The notes: generated by a model not told the origin, from the letters alone. 46,067 nucleotides of DNA, filler included, from Catajapyx aquilonaris (GCA_000934665.2; 2 parts of 2 records of this genome joined end to end with filler, not necessarily neighbours in it); one strand, 5' to 3'. Shown: positions 34,544 through 46,067, counted from the whole stretch's first letter. A program made the numbers and translations.

Positions 34544-34838
34544 ATAATAATTAATAATTCATTCATACCCCGTTATCAGCCATCGGCTCTTTAGGGGGGA
34601 AGTTTGTTTTGCCTGGAACTCTTTGATTTTTCATTTTACTGTGCTCTTTGGGATAGGATAGGGACGGAAGGAAGCGGCTGTGGCCTATTAATTACGGAAG
34701 CAACTCCGGAATTATCCTGGAAGGACCGTGGGAAACCACGGAAAACCAGGGTCAGAGTTTCCGGCCCCCAGGATTCGATCCCAGGACCTCCCGATTAGCA
34801 GTCGGACACCATATCCCCTCCTCCAAACTGCTTCGGTC
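34544..34838 (-). mobile_element. tRNA-derived SINE, family C, with arthropod-type central domain
   Basis: Box B gggatcgaatcc; central ggttttccgtggtttccc...ccaggataattccggag...aggccacagccgcttccttcc; 13-bp TSD agtcagtactata (34531, 34839). Confidence 0.85.
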
Positions 34839-36331
34839 AGTCAGTACTATATTGTGAGTGACTGCCATGCCAGTAGGCTAAATATTCGGTAACGGTATAC
34901 CACTTTTACGTCATGTCGTACCATGATGAAGGAGCGTGTATTGGGAACACACCGTACCATACTAACCGACTTTGTTTCAAATGAAAATGAATTTTTAAAA
35001 TGTCGCACACGATGCAAAGTTTCCTAGTGTATCGAGTGGATTTCCAATATAATCCGGTACCGTATCCCACGCTCGCCTGCATTCACACCTGATTCCCTCC
35101 CTATATTGAGTTATTTTCAGGAACAATAATAATGAGTTTCTGGGCACCAGGTAATTTCATGTACGGATTCTATTTGGTTTATGCTGCCTCGTTACTGAGA
35201 TACATTATCATCAAGCGAATATGGCATAATGGAGGAGGTCCTTTCGCCCGGTTCCACATCCGCACTGTTGGTATATCAGCTACTGCTTGTTATACCAAAG
35301 TAATGGTCTCGGAGATTATATTTTCAAATGCGTGATAATACAAAAGGGTATAGTTAGCTGGTGGGATTAATATTGGCTAGGCGCTAGGATATTATACATT
35401 TTGGTGAAACTCTATTTCTTTTTCATAAGGATGTGGCGGAGGCCAAGTGACTCCTCTCCACATAGTGATACTACTGCATAACGTAAAATTACGAGATATT
35501 TTATTATGCTATTAATATATTATATTATTTATTTGCGCTCAAGATAGTTACAAGTTAGTTATCATTTGACACCTATTTTTGTCAGTGTACTTGTCTGTAT
35601 ACATAATACCAACTGCTGCCTTACCACTTGATACGGTCCACACACACGCTGTAGCTCTGTTCATGACAGCCATGTAAAGCAATATTTAGAGCATGCATTT
35701 ATTTATCAGAACCTTTCAAAGTGATGCCTACCCGCCAGCATGGTAACCCACTGTTACTGCATTAATTGCGGCATGAGAAACGATGCTGGAAAAATGTGGG
35801 TTTGCGAAAATCTTCCTTTTTTGCCATATTCCAGTACAACTACTGTACTCTAGTCGGGAAACCAGTGATAACAATAATGCACAGCAGAATCATTTTTAAC
35901 GAGGGCCTATGCTTAAAAACTGAGCCATGCAGTTTGCAAGACAAAGTATGGAACAAAATACACCATTCGCGAGGGTAGGCTATACTGCGCTTTTCCGGGG
36001 ATGCACTGATGTAATAAGTTAATTATATGCAGTATGTTCCAAGATTGCAAAAGCTAGTGAGAACTCTGCTCTGTCGGGGTAAATGTGGCAGTACACGTTC
36101 ACCAATCACATGCATTGTAATTACACAGTAGTCAAAATTTCTATTTCACGAGAACTCAGTCTATCCCAGTTAATGCCAATTTTCCAGTGTATGAGCATTG
36201 TTGGTAGTCGAGGGCTAACTCCTTTTCAGTTACGAGATTTGCTTACATCTTACATTTTGCAGAAGGCATCAAGTAACATCCCTCCTGCATCCCTCGATGT
36301 GAAATTATCTAGACTTCTAGAGTAACTATGT

Positions 36332-36390
<59 letters not shown>
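36332..36390. repeat. (TAC)n microsatellite
   Basis: Direct inspection. Confidence 0.95.
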
Positions 36391-37204
36391 TACTAAAGTA
36401 GCTATTATCTACTTAAGATTGGCAACTGGAATCATCGTTAAAAGCTATGATGAGCTCCTTCCATTATGTTTTTCAAATACGTATGGAAATTTTAACCAGA
36501 ATGGTGTTGTCGAGAATTCTTTGATTGGTGCGACTTCCTCCAAAGTGGCGAGTTAGATTCCCTTTCTCAGTCAGGCAGATAAGAAGTATATTAACTCTCC
36601 TCCTTCCTTTCCCACCCCCACCCTGCCCTCCCCTTTTATTACTCCCTCTTCTTCCTTTTCTCTGTTGCATGGCTGGAGCACTCCGATAAGTGTAATCTGG
36701 TGTTGATATCGAATTTCTCATGATAGTCGGCCGAGTTTCCTTCAGAAAGAGGCGCCGGAGACGAAAAAAACGAAGCGCATTCACGTATAATACAGATATT
36801 TGCAGATGTCGTCGTTTCACTGGTGCTGCATGTTCGAATAAGTAAATGATCACGATGCATCCCGCTGAGTTGTGAGACGAGGAAGTCAATATTTAATAAC
36901 TTTTTTCTGCAGTAGAGGTTTTCTCCGCGCTCGCGTTGGGTTTCTCGTGGTTCTCCCGTTTCCTGCTCACATTCTAAAATACCCCTGACGTGAGTCCTCT
37001 CTCACCCTCTCCCTTAGTTGCTCCCCCAATCGACCAACCAACAACACATTCTGTACTTGGTATATGCATGAGTCATTTCTGGCATAACAAGGGGGTATAA
37101 TGGTGCAAAAAAATGACACGAATATCTTCTAAACAGTTGTTATTAAACTCCATTGTAATAACAACTATCTCCTGACAAAGACAGGCTTACTACTAGACCT
37201 TTAA

Positions 37205-37569
37205 GGCCGGTTCTCAAAGCAGTGGGTTGGAGCAAAACGTGCGCTTGCAAGCGCCTTGGAGCGGGGGTTTGGCCACTCGGGAATATTCTGGTCTGCACGA
37301 AGTAGCTGGTGCGTGTAGCGGGTGCGCGCTAGAGTAAGCGCGTAGACTGCAGAAAATGGCGGATGACGAGGTAGTCACGTGATTACGTCACGTGACCACG
37401 TGACTCCCACAGGGCCACCGGATTGTTCCCATGGAGCGGGGGGTGGGCCAAAGTAGGTAGAAATCAACCCGGAGCAGATCGCACCCGCTAGCTCCTAGCA
37501 GCGGGCAAGTGTATCTCTACCCACTTTCGCATGACGTCAGAGCGGCCAAACCACCCGCTCCAAGGCGCT
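37205..37569. mobile_element. GC-rich Harbinger-like element fragment with internal inverted repeat
   Basis: Starts taa|ggccggttctcaa; IR agcgccttggagcgggggtttggcc / ggccaaaccacccgctccaaggcgct. Confidence 0.55.
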
Positions 37570-37674
37570 CCTCTCATAATCGTAACTGTAGAAATTTTTG
37601 AATAAGCTTAATTGAACGGTACCCTGAATGACAAGTTCGAGCATTCTGTGGGAGCCCTTTTACTCATGACCTCC

Positions 37675-37711
<37 letters not shown>

Positions 37712-38919
37712 CCTCCCTCCCTTCCCATTCATGACACAATTAGGACTTGATGCCATACAAGGGGTTATCAATCGGTTTTCAGAAACGATAGTCAAAATTA
37801 ATTTTAGAAGGCTGCTTCATATACTAGTTTTGTTTGAGTAAGCCGGGAATATGAACAGCCTCCGACAGGCAATCGGAAGCTTAATCAATGAAAAGAATGA
37901 CTTCATAGTCGGGATGTATGCTACTTTGACATCATTGTTTACAAAGCAGATATGTCCGATAGCTTACTGGTGGAGTTCTTTGCTGGCATAGTCAACGAAG
38001 CTATAGCTTTATAATAATGTTTCAAGCGCTTTAAAGGAGGGAATTAATTATTTGAAATACATGACTGTTTGTATGCGGATAATCTCTAACTTACCTAATT
38101 ACATTTATGTATTCCAGAATGTGTCTTACCTGTTTTTAAAAATTCCAACCTAGGGTATCCTGGCGAACCAGCCCTTGAGGAAGATGATACAGGTATTTTT
38201 AAGAAACTCTCACCTTGCTAAAGTGCTAAGGCTATAATTATATCACCATGGTATGTTTGGACAAAGCATATTTTGACATATAGTATGGTACCAGCGATTT
38301 CGTGCCTCTGACGTCAGAGTCACCCAGAGACCCCCCCCNCCAGTTCTAAAATTTGTTTCTCTATGCATACTACAATTCGTGCAGTAAGGGAGGGCCAGTC
38401 TGGTCTTTTTATCACTACGTGATACACGCAAAAGACGACGCACAGGTTATGTAAGAGTATAGGAAACCAGAGACAGTTGTTTACCAATTCCAACATACCA
38501 CCACTCCATCCTGCCTCCTAAAACAATTATGTACAGTATGTAAATCTGATCGCTACATTTTGGCTGTACAGTATAACGCACCGGAAATGGCCGACTTTTT
38601 CCATTTCAATATTAAGTTATGCATGCACTTAAATAAAATTGTACCGGTGTTCATTGTGACTTGAAGCGAATGTAATGCTGCGAGCTTTGGAGCTTCATTG
38701 GGAAAAATTATTGAAGGAAATTAAATGTCATTAAATTGCTTAATTCTGTGGAGGTATTGGACAATGACCTCCGAGGCAAAACAATGTAGGGTATTTGCAA
38801 TTGTGTCAATACCGGATGTCAAGGTGAAATTCTTGGGTATCATCTCGACGTACCATCCTCGGCATTGCGACATTGATGAATGGCCTTAAATGCTACATGT
38901 TGTTTCTTGTTCTTTCCAG

Positions 38920-39030
38920 TTCCTCCACAACGGCCCACCATCTTTGACGAGAGTGGAAAGGAACTCACGGCACTGGCAGGTCCTTACGTGGAGGGCTCTT
39001 CCATGACACTCACCTGTATCGCTTCAGGAG
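38920..39030 (+). CDS. Internal exon of a Sidestep/nephrin-like immunoglobulin-superfamily gene (xPPQRPTIFDESGKELTALAGPYVEGSSMTLTCIASG-G; start of an Ig domain)
   Basis: Polypyrimidine acceptor tgtttcttgttctttccag|, donor GAG|gtacgt, phase 1-1; VPP..P.I.D..G......GPY.EG....L.C...GG pattern characteristic of the insect Sidestep family. Confidence 0.85.
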
Positions 39031-39175
39031 GTACGTCTAACTCATAATACAGAGTCATTGCGCTCTGTATGTATATTACACGCGCTGCGTTTCTTGGTAA
39101 AACAGGGAAGACAATAATCGCCAAGATGGCACACCACCCAAGTCCATAGTAGGTAAATTTTCAGGAGAGCATTAA

Positions 39176-39361
39176 AGGTGCGTTTACATGTGAGCGATTT
39201 GATCGCGCGATGTCATCGCCAGCGGTAACATCACTGCGTAGTCAAAGTAACCAGTACTGTTTGAGGCGAAAATCGATTGTTACGTTTACGTCAAACAATA
39301 ATTGGATTCATCGCTCGTCGATGACATCGCGCGATCAAATCGCTCACATGTAAACGCACCT
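39176..39361. mobile_element. PIF/Harbinger-type MITE
   Basis: 43-bp perfect TIR aggtgcgtttacatgtgagcgatttgatcgcgcgatgtcatcg; TAA TSD both sides. Confidence 0.92.
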
Positions 39362-39404
39362 TAAAAGTGTATCTTGCGCCTCTAATTAGTATGCCTTGAA
39401 TGAA

Positions 39405-40437
39405 ACTGACAAGGGAATGACCAAGCCCTTCCCCCTCCGATTTGGCTGAAACTTGGTTGAGGGGTTAATCATGTGCCATAAACACAGTGGTGAAGGTCCT
39501 AAACTGCTGTTTTCAGCCGTTTCTGAGATATGAGCGACAGAAACATTTTAATCTTGCCCGCGTACAGGGGTCGTGCTGGAAATGAACAAGTGCAAGGCCC
39601 CTGCACCCCTATACGCGCGGCCAAAATTTGGATGCTTCTGTCGCTCATATCTCAGAAACGGCTGAACAACTTTTGGACCTGTTCAAGGTTACCCTGAGTA
39701 GCCCCACAACCCAAACGACAAAAATTAGGCTCATCTTGTAGTGTATATATTTTAGGCACCAAGTTTTACGCTATACCCCGCTGTGTTTGCCACTCACTGT
39801 ATCTTTGATGTGGTAGGTGGTGCTATCTGGCGGCCTTGGTAGTATGCAAAATATGCTGCCACATGGGGCATCATATCATAATGACAGTTGTGTCCACGAC
39901 AATTTATGCGATTTTTACACCGTAAAAATGTTGTAAGAATAATAGCGTTGGGCAAATGCCTCGCGAGAGTGTCAATCATGCGAAATGAAACCCCCATCTT
40001 GATATGCCGCGTATGTCCAATCGCGTATCTCTCCATCTCTTCTCTTTCTCTCTCCTCCAATCCCCCGATAAGAGAGAGAGGAGAGAGAAAGAGGGATTCA
40101 AAATGGCGTTCGTTGGCAAAGCAAGGCCGAACCCTTGCTCCAATCTGTTGAACGTGTTGAAGGTCACCTGATAGAAGCATTCTTCCATTGAATTACAATA
40201 TATTAGAGTGGCTGGACAGCAGCCATTTCGATCCAATCACTCCCCTGCGTTGTCAAGTTTCAGTGATCTGCTCCAATCTAAAGAAACGAATCGTTGTGCC
40301 ATGTGGGTTGCTTTGCTTAGTCAGGATAACCTTGAACAGGTCCTTTAGGGCGTTCACCACTGTGTATATGGCACATGATTGACCCCTCAAGCGAGTTTCA
40401 GCCCAGGGGGAGGGGTTTTGCTCATTCCCTTGTTAGT
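39405..40437. mobile_element. ~1-kb non-autonomous DNA element with ~100-bp imperfect TIRs and internal IRs
   Basis: act.acaagggaatga...ggctgaaact...tgagggg.taatcatgtgccata.acacagtggtgaa mirrored at 40353-40437; internal IR ttcagccgtttctgagatatgagcgacag / ctgtcgctcatatctcagaaacggctgaa; no clear TSD. Confidence 0.8.
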
Positions 40438-40447
40438 GCGTCTTATA

Positions 40448-40846
40448 CAGGATGTTCACGAATTCTTCTTTCAATATGATACAGGTGGTAGGGGGTGAGT
40501 ATGTAAGAGGCATGGCATGGATCTGAAAGACAGGCGACGATCTGTTTTAGAGATGTCGACCTTTGACATTGACAATGTCTATACTGACAAGAGTATGGAT
40601 ACCCCCATGCATATCTGCATTGCTGGTTGCACGGGGTCAGGCGTTCGGAATCCCAGACCGTTGCTCAACCGCCTGCCTCCGGCAACCAGCAATGCAGGCA
40701 TATGCGGAGGTATCCACACTTGTCAGAATAGACAGTCATCGTCGACGTAAACGTCCTCACCGGCCTTTCGGGCCCATGCCATTCTTCTTCCATATGCACC
40801 CCCTACCACCCATATCCTTTTGGCAGACGAATTCGTGAACACCCTG
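40448..40846. mobile_element. Tc1/mariner-type MITE
   Basis: TA|caggatgttcacgaattc ... gaattcgtgaacaccctg|TA. Confidence 0.85.
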
Positions 40847-41286
40847 TATAGGTCAAGACCGCTATAAAGCGCTTAAGCGCACTACTTACGAAGGTCCTAG
40901 CATTATTGTCCTTCTAGAGAAAAAAAATAATGTTGTAGGTGATGGACTTTTGATGTTATATCGTCTTGGATGCAAGAAGCACAGGACAATCCAACAGCTA
41001 AGGGTTTGTTTTTACATCAGCACATCTGAATATCATGACAGCCCATGACTTGTGACCTCATTCATCATCTGAACCTCCCCCCCCCTCCCCCCCCCCCCAG
41101 CTTCACCCTCCTTCGGCACGACTTTCTTAGCTTCGTTCCTCTTCCAGGTGTGCTCCATACGCTTCCGTTTTGGTCTTATCTCACCACTCACTTGCTCTCA
41201 TCACTTGCTAAACCTTATGTGACGATGGATTCTACTAAGAATTCACAATAGGAAGAATGGATATGACTCCCTTCTCTAATTCTGGC

Positions 41287-41600
41287 CAGTTAGGGACATA
41301 TCCCGACCCAGTTAGGGCTTCCGCCAACCCTGATGGTTGGTAAGGGGGAAGCACTTGGTATTTACCAGGATCAGATAGCCCTGGCGGTGCAGGTCTCTGC
41401 TGGCCCAGATATCGTACTCCTACTTACTAGTGTATAAGGTACACGAGCGGCGCACCTGCTGGCTCAGGAATAACACTAGTAAGGTGTCAATACCAAACTA
41501 CTCTTGACAGGGTTGGCGTCGGGATCGGTTAGGACTGGATAGTCAGGGCGGCTCAGATACTGTTGACCCAACGATACTGCCGGTTAGGAACCGATCCACT
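41287..41600 (+). other. Highly structured, multi-helix element of unknown class (candidate structured RNA or retroelement UTR)
   Basis: Four nested perfect helices of 8, 11, 8 and 11 bp, a further 9-bp helix, and two sets of four repeated motifs; see findings. Confidence 0.5.
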
Positions 41601-43762
41601 GACTACCCTATGTGTGAAATGAAACGCAAGTAGGGTGAGTTGGGGTAAGTGCGGACGGATTTTGATTACGTACAGTTTAAAGGCATGCTACTTCCTCAGC
41701 AATTAGCAAGGGAGAAAAAAGTAATGGACAATATACCTTACTTTATTGGCTTTCAAAGCGACCTATTGCATAACATTCATTTATGTGGGTACTCCGAAAA
41801 ATGATTAAAATATGCACGTGGTGCACAGTGCCGCACTTCCCCGCGATATGGAGTAAGTGCGAATGTGGAATTTTCTCAGAATAATAAACATTGTTCTGGT
41901 TGCATAGGACAACTGAAGGTATTGGACAACGGAAAAAAGAAAATACAAATGTAGGTACACCCTGTAACACTAGACCTATGCCTGATCAACTTCGATAAAA
42001 ATATTATTCTGTTTCAAAAATAAATCTACTCAGCAGAATGAGAGACAAAATATTAACAATATAAAAGGCAATAGAAATTCATATCATTCCAATATTCACT
42101 GAATTTTTGTGCTCCATCGATACAAAAGCAATATCTCTTTAAAATGGATATAAAATGATAGGAACATGTTTGTTCTGGTAGCCTACCTCTTCATAAATTA
42201 CACATACATAATGTAAAAATTACAAGAGAATTGAATCTTCTCTCTATAATGTATTGTAATATTTTCACTTAGTGGGAAAAAGCCTAACAGTGAATTTAAA
42301 GAAGCAGTGTAGATTTTGGATTGGCCCAGCCTGTAGAGTGTAGAGAAAGAATACCCCTTATATAGGACCCGTTAATTGTTTTTACTAGGGCTTTCACCTC
42401 CGTAAAAGATAAATTTTGATTTAAAATGTTGCACAAAATTGGCCAATTAGAGATCTATTAGGTCTGTCAAATAACTATGTAAAAGTGTTAATGCCATTCA
42501 AATTAATGACGATTGTCTTATTAACTGAATTATTTCAATCAGAGAAGGAGCACTTCAGAGTGATTCACTGGGTCAATTCAATAACTCTTTGATAGACGAC
42601 CTAAATGAATATTTTGAAACTTTTGCAGTATTTGTCCAAGGTCACAATAATTCTTCCCATAAAACGATCTAACAATATTATTACAGTATATTAATGGGAG
42701 GAATATCTAATCATTGCTATTCAAGCAATATTCCTGTACAAGAAAATGCTATATGCCGCGGACAGCTATTGATAATAAATAATACGCATTTGAATATTTG
42801 AATATAAGTTAAAATTTGTCTTCTGGAAAATTTCAAAATTGAAACAAAAGAATTAAAACATACTTATTTTGTCAGCCACTCAGCAAAATGTTAGTTCTTA
42901 TGGATACATCAATACGGTATGCCTGATAGTGACACTAATGTCCTCCTTGGAGTATGAAACATAAGTAATAATATTGAATCCTATTGAAAAAGTGTGTGAT
43001 AAAGAGTAATTTTTTTGAATATCTGTAATAACGTAACTGCAAGTTGATGACTTCTTGTATGCTTACTCATCAACTTGATGTATTCCCGTCTTATCCTGTA
43101 AGTTGGACAACCTTCGACGCATTCTTGTTCAGCATGCGACCTAATGACAGGCGCCACATGTGAACCTAGCTGATGCTTATGGTGTCCATACGAGAACTGG
43201 ATTCATTTACCGTGCGTGAGTCGCTTGTGCAGGTTGATGCAATAACGCAGCCATTAGAGAGATCTCCCGTGTCATCGAGTACACTAATTAGCTGCGTTGG
43301 TCGCCCTGTACACAACGTATACAGCCATTATTGATGGTGGTGATGGTGTGTGTTTGTGAGAGTTGAGTTTGGGAGAGGGAGAGGGAAGTGCAATATTTTT
43401 TGTGCGTCTCCTGGCGACCATATCACGCAAGCCTTCGTCCTCAATTGGATGCAGGATCGTCGGATTTCTGGCACTCTTGCCTGCCGATATTGACGCCGAG
43501 GCCCCGTCCAGAGGAAAATTATGAAAGCTTGGTTCCTCTGATTGCTCCAGTATTGGATTCGGCCACCACTTGCCTTTGGCCGTTCATCACCTCGGCTCCG
43601 GCTTTTCCCGGGATAGAATAGCTCAGAACCTCTCTCCTTCCCCCCTCCCTCCCACTCCTCCAAGCCTCCACCCAATCTCAACCAAGTTCTGGCAACTTTT
43701 CATGCTGACGTAGCTCTCTCTCTCTCTCTCTCTCCCTCTCCCCTCCCTCCCCTCCCCTCCAT

Positions 43763-44094
43763 ACACACATGAGAACACGTATCCCTGCGGCCTATTAGCT
43801 GTGGGGACGTGAAAAAGGCAACTTTTCAAAGCTTAGTGTAAACTAACCTAACCTGACCTAACCTACCCTACCCTATGTAACTAGGCTGAGAAAAATGGAA
43901 TTTTCTAAAACCCTGCAACTGGAAATAGTGGGGACTTGTCCCCACTACTGCAAAAGCAAACCCGCAATTTTCTTGTGGGGACCGTAAATGTCCCCGCAAG
44001 TGAGAAAAAATATCCCCACAGATGAATGAAAGTCCCCACAGTTACAATAAAAACAACTACTTCCGGTCCCGCAGCTTATTGAAGACACCCACAC
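43763..44094. mobile_element. Non-autonomous DNA element with GTGGGGAC/GTCCCCAC motifs, CCTAA-like repeats and CACAC flanks
   Basis: gtggggac at 43801, 43928, 43975; gtcccc at 43938, 43990, 44032; ctaacctaacctgacctaacctaccctaccct 43843-43874. Confidence 0.6.
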
Positions 44095-45903
44095 CTGCTC
44101 ACCATAGGGCCTGTTCGAAGGGTTGCTTCAAGACCAGGATAAAGTGGTCAAAACAATTTGAGCCCCATAGTACTTATACGGTTCAGTTGAGGAGCTAGCA
44201 TTTTTAATCGTGTTCTGATATATCAAATACAGTACTGTGCGACGGGTGTTCCCTGGGAGTAAAATGGTCCCATTATCATTGATACCATTTTTTCCGGCAT
44301 AAATTTACAAAATATCTCCAAGTCATTTCTGATCCTATTGATGAAAATCTCCTGTACGTTATTGTGTCAATAACCTGGCAGTGTTTTTTCATACTTAATA
44401 TGCAGTGGAATCTTGGCCGTTATCATGAAAAAACGGCAATGTGTCTCAGTAGGCCATTGACCACATCAGATGGCCAAACTAAGGAATGTGACCCACATGT
44501 AGGTATTTTGAAGACGTATAGGCCTAGGTCTACTAATTTTGGCACGTGGCCGATATATGGGATCAAAACAAAGATCCTCTGTCGGACTGTGTTCACAAAA
44601 CGCCCTGGAATAACGCAAAAACCAGTCCTGTAAGTCTACTACTAACACTAACAATAAGACGAATTGGATTCTTTAAACAACCCCAGCACATGGGACATTG
44701 TTGACTGATCGATTCCTTCAGATATTCCATGCCGTATTCAAGAGTCGAAAGGCTTTCCTAACTTTCCAAAAACAATAGCTTCCTGCAATAAAGCATTCAA
44801 TTATTATTTTCCTCCGTCAAGCATTATATCTGGCTGTCTTAACTCTTCGGCTTAGTCGGTGTGACGATATCAAAGCGCCCAAAAGTCGGTTCAATCACTG
44901 GTAGAAGCGAAAATTACTCTACCATGTATGTGCAAACTTGTGTCAAAAGCCTCCGTCACTTCAGAAAAGAGAGGGGGAGAGGGAGGAGAGGCGGAGGGAG
45001 CGAATCTTGTTTTATAACGAGAGTGTAAAGCAGAGAGAAACATTTGAGCATGCTTTATCGTGAAGTAAGGCGCACAAGGATATTACTATTTCTCTCTGAG
45101 GCAGCAGGCGGCCAAAGAGGAAAACGAATAAAAGCGGAGGGGGAGGGAGGGAGGAGGGTTGGGAGGAGGGGGGTTCAGGGAGGGGAAAAAGAGATGGAGA
45201 GAAGATGCTCCAACCCACAAATCACCTGCCTGGTAATTTTTGGCCTGGCCAGCGCCATAAATATGGTCGGGCGAGAATTGCGTCTCCATCTATTACAGCC
45301 CTCCTTTTTTTCTAGCTTAGCATTGACCCCGTCAGTCCCTCCCACTCTTCTATTCACCCTCCTCCCCATCCTCCCTCTCCTTCCCACCTGACTGCGCCCT
45401 ACGCTACTTTAAGGTGGCCCAAGCTTTTAAAATATTAAGAATTGAACAGGCCTTCCCTGCTTTTAAGTGATTCAAGTAGGGGAAAAGCAACGGTTAGTAT
45501 CTGTACTTTTAATGAAGTTATGGTTATCTAAGCAAGATATTTACGTCTTTCAGGGGAACTAATGTATCAGGGGAAGGCGAAAAGGGGAGGATGGTAGGAA
45601 ACAACTTGGACGTGTTGGGAGTGACATTATACCGGAGATGCTTTCAAAGTTTTAGTTGAAATATTTGTTACAGGAGAGTAAAGTAACTATAACAGCTATT
45701 AATACTAACGAAAAATCATTGATCATATACAATATTGTCGTTGTCTTTTCCTTATAAACTTATGTTATGAATAGATAATTTCCCATTTAGAATTTTATTA
45801 AGTGCAGTGTAACGGTACAAAATAATTATGTTGGAACATTTAATTACTTTATATCATAGGAACACTGTGAAATAGGAATCGGTGTCTCATATGATCTTCA
45901 ATA

Positions 45904-46067
45904 CAGTGCTGGACATATTAGCCGTCGCTGAATGTTTTTTTCCGGCGGCGGCGGCGGCGGCGTTACTTGGCAACCCCGTCCGGCGGGCCAATTCAAACAT
46001 CAGCCCATGGAGAGCGCTTCCATTGTTGCCACTGTTTACAAATCGAGTGAGTGAGTGCGCAGGCAGA
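45904..46067. mobile_element. Left end of a CAGTG-type DNA element (truncated by window end)
   Basis: TA|cagtgctggacat resembles the 2006-2278 family terminus; gttgccactgtttaca shared with the 23417 element. Confidence 0.55.

Noticed and set aside
41526..41589. CCTAACC on the minus strand as a telomerase RNA template
   Set aside because: Occurs as a repeated motif, wobble pairs favour the opposite strand, and no recognisable pseudoknot or Pol III promoter was seen; not supportable without a search
41598..41660. Additional hairpin extending the structured element
   Set aside because: Its 3' arm (tagggtgagttggggtaagtgcgg) looks like the start of a separate DNA transposon with gtaagtgcg/ccgcacttcccc subrepeats, so the pairing may be coincidental
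44028..44037. GAAAGTCCCC, identical to the RNase MRP CR-I core
   Set aside because: It is one of several GTCCCC motifs of a DNA element; no matching CR-V/P4 partner seen

Overview
Eukaryotic (arthropod, most likely insect; inference from the protein and SINE types), intron- and repeat-rich genomic DNA made of two ~23-kb contigs joined by an artificial 100-bp linker (44 N + TTAATTAATTAA + 44 N, 22999-23098). The left contig holds two complete head-to-head genes. One is a 7-exon SLC25A45/29/48-like mitochondrial carrier on the minus strand (348 aa, includes a GC-AG intron). The other is an 8-exon salvador (sav/SAV1, Hippo pathway WW-WW-SARAH scaffold, 449 aa) on the plus strand. A probable terminal exon of a third, convergent gene lies just downstream of sav. 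The right contig is almost entirely intronic/intergenic and contains one clear Ig-domain exon of a Sidestep/nephrin-like gene. The rest is a dense set of non-autonomous DNA transposons (Tc1/mariner/pogo, PIF/Harbinger, piggyBac, hAT, Kolobok-like), tRNA-derived SINEs, a decayed Helitron/Helentron PIF1-helicase fragment and microsatellites. No prokaryotic-type system or CRISPR array is present. The most unusual signals are (i) a ~310-nt multi-helix structured element of unknown identity at 41.3-41.6 kb, (ii) SINEs with different heads and bodies sharing one covarying 3' stem-loop, (iii) a near-perfect 204-bp inverted repeat without TSD next to the Helentron helicase relic, (iv) transposon excision footprints visible by comparing two local paralogous copies, and (v) the antisense terminal exon overlapping the likely sav 3' UTR. 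Family assignments come from motif recognition by eye, not database searches.
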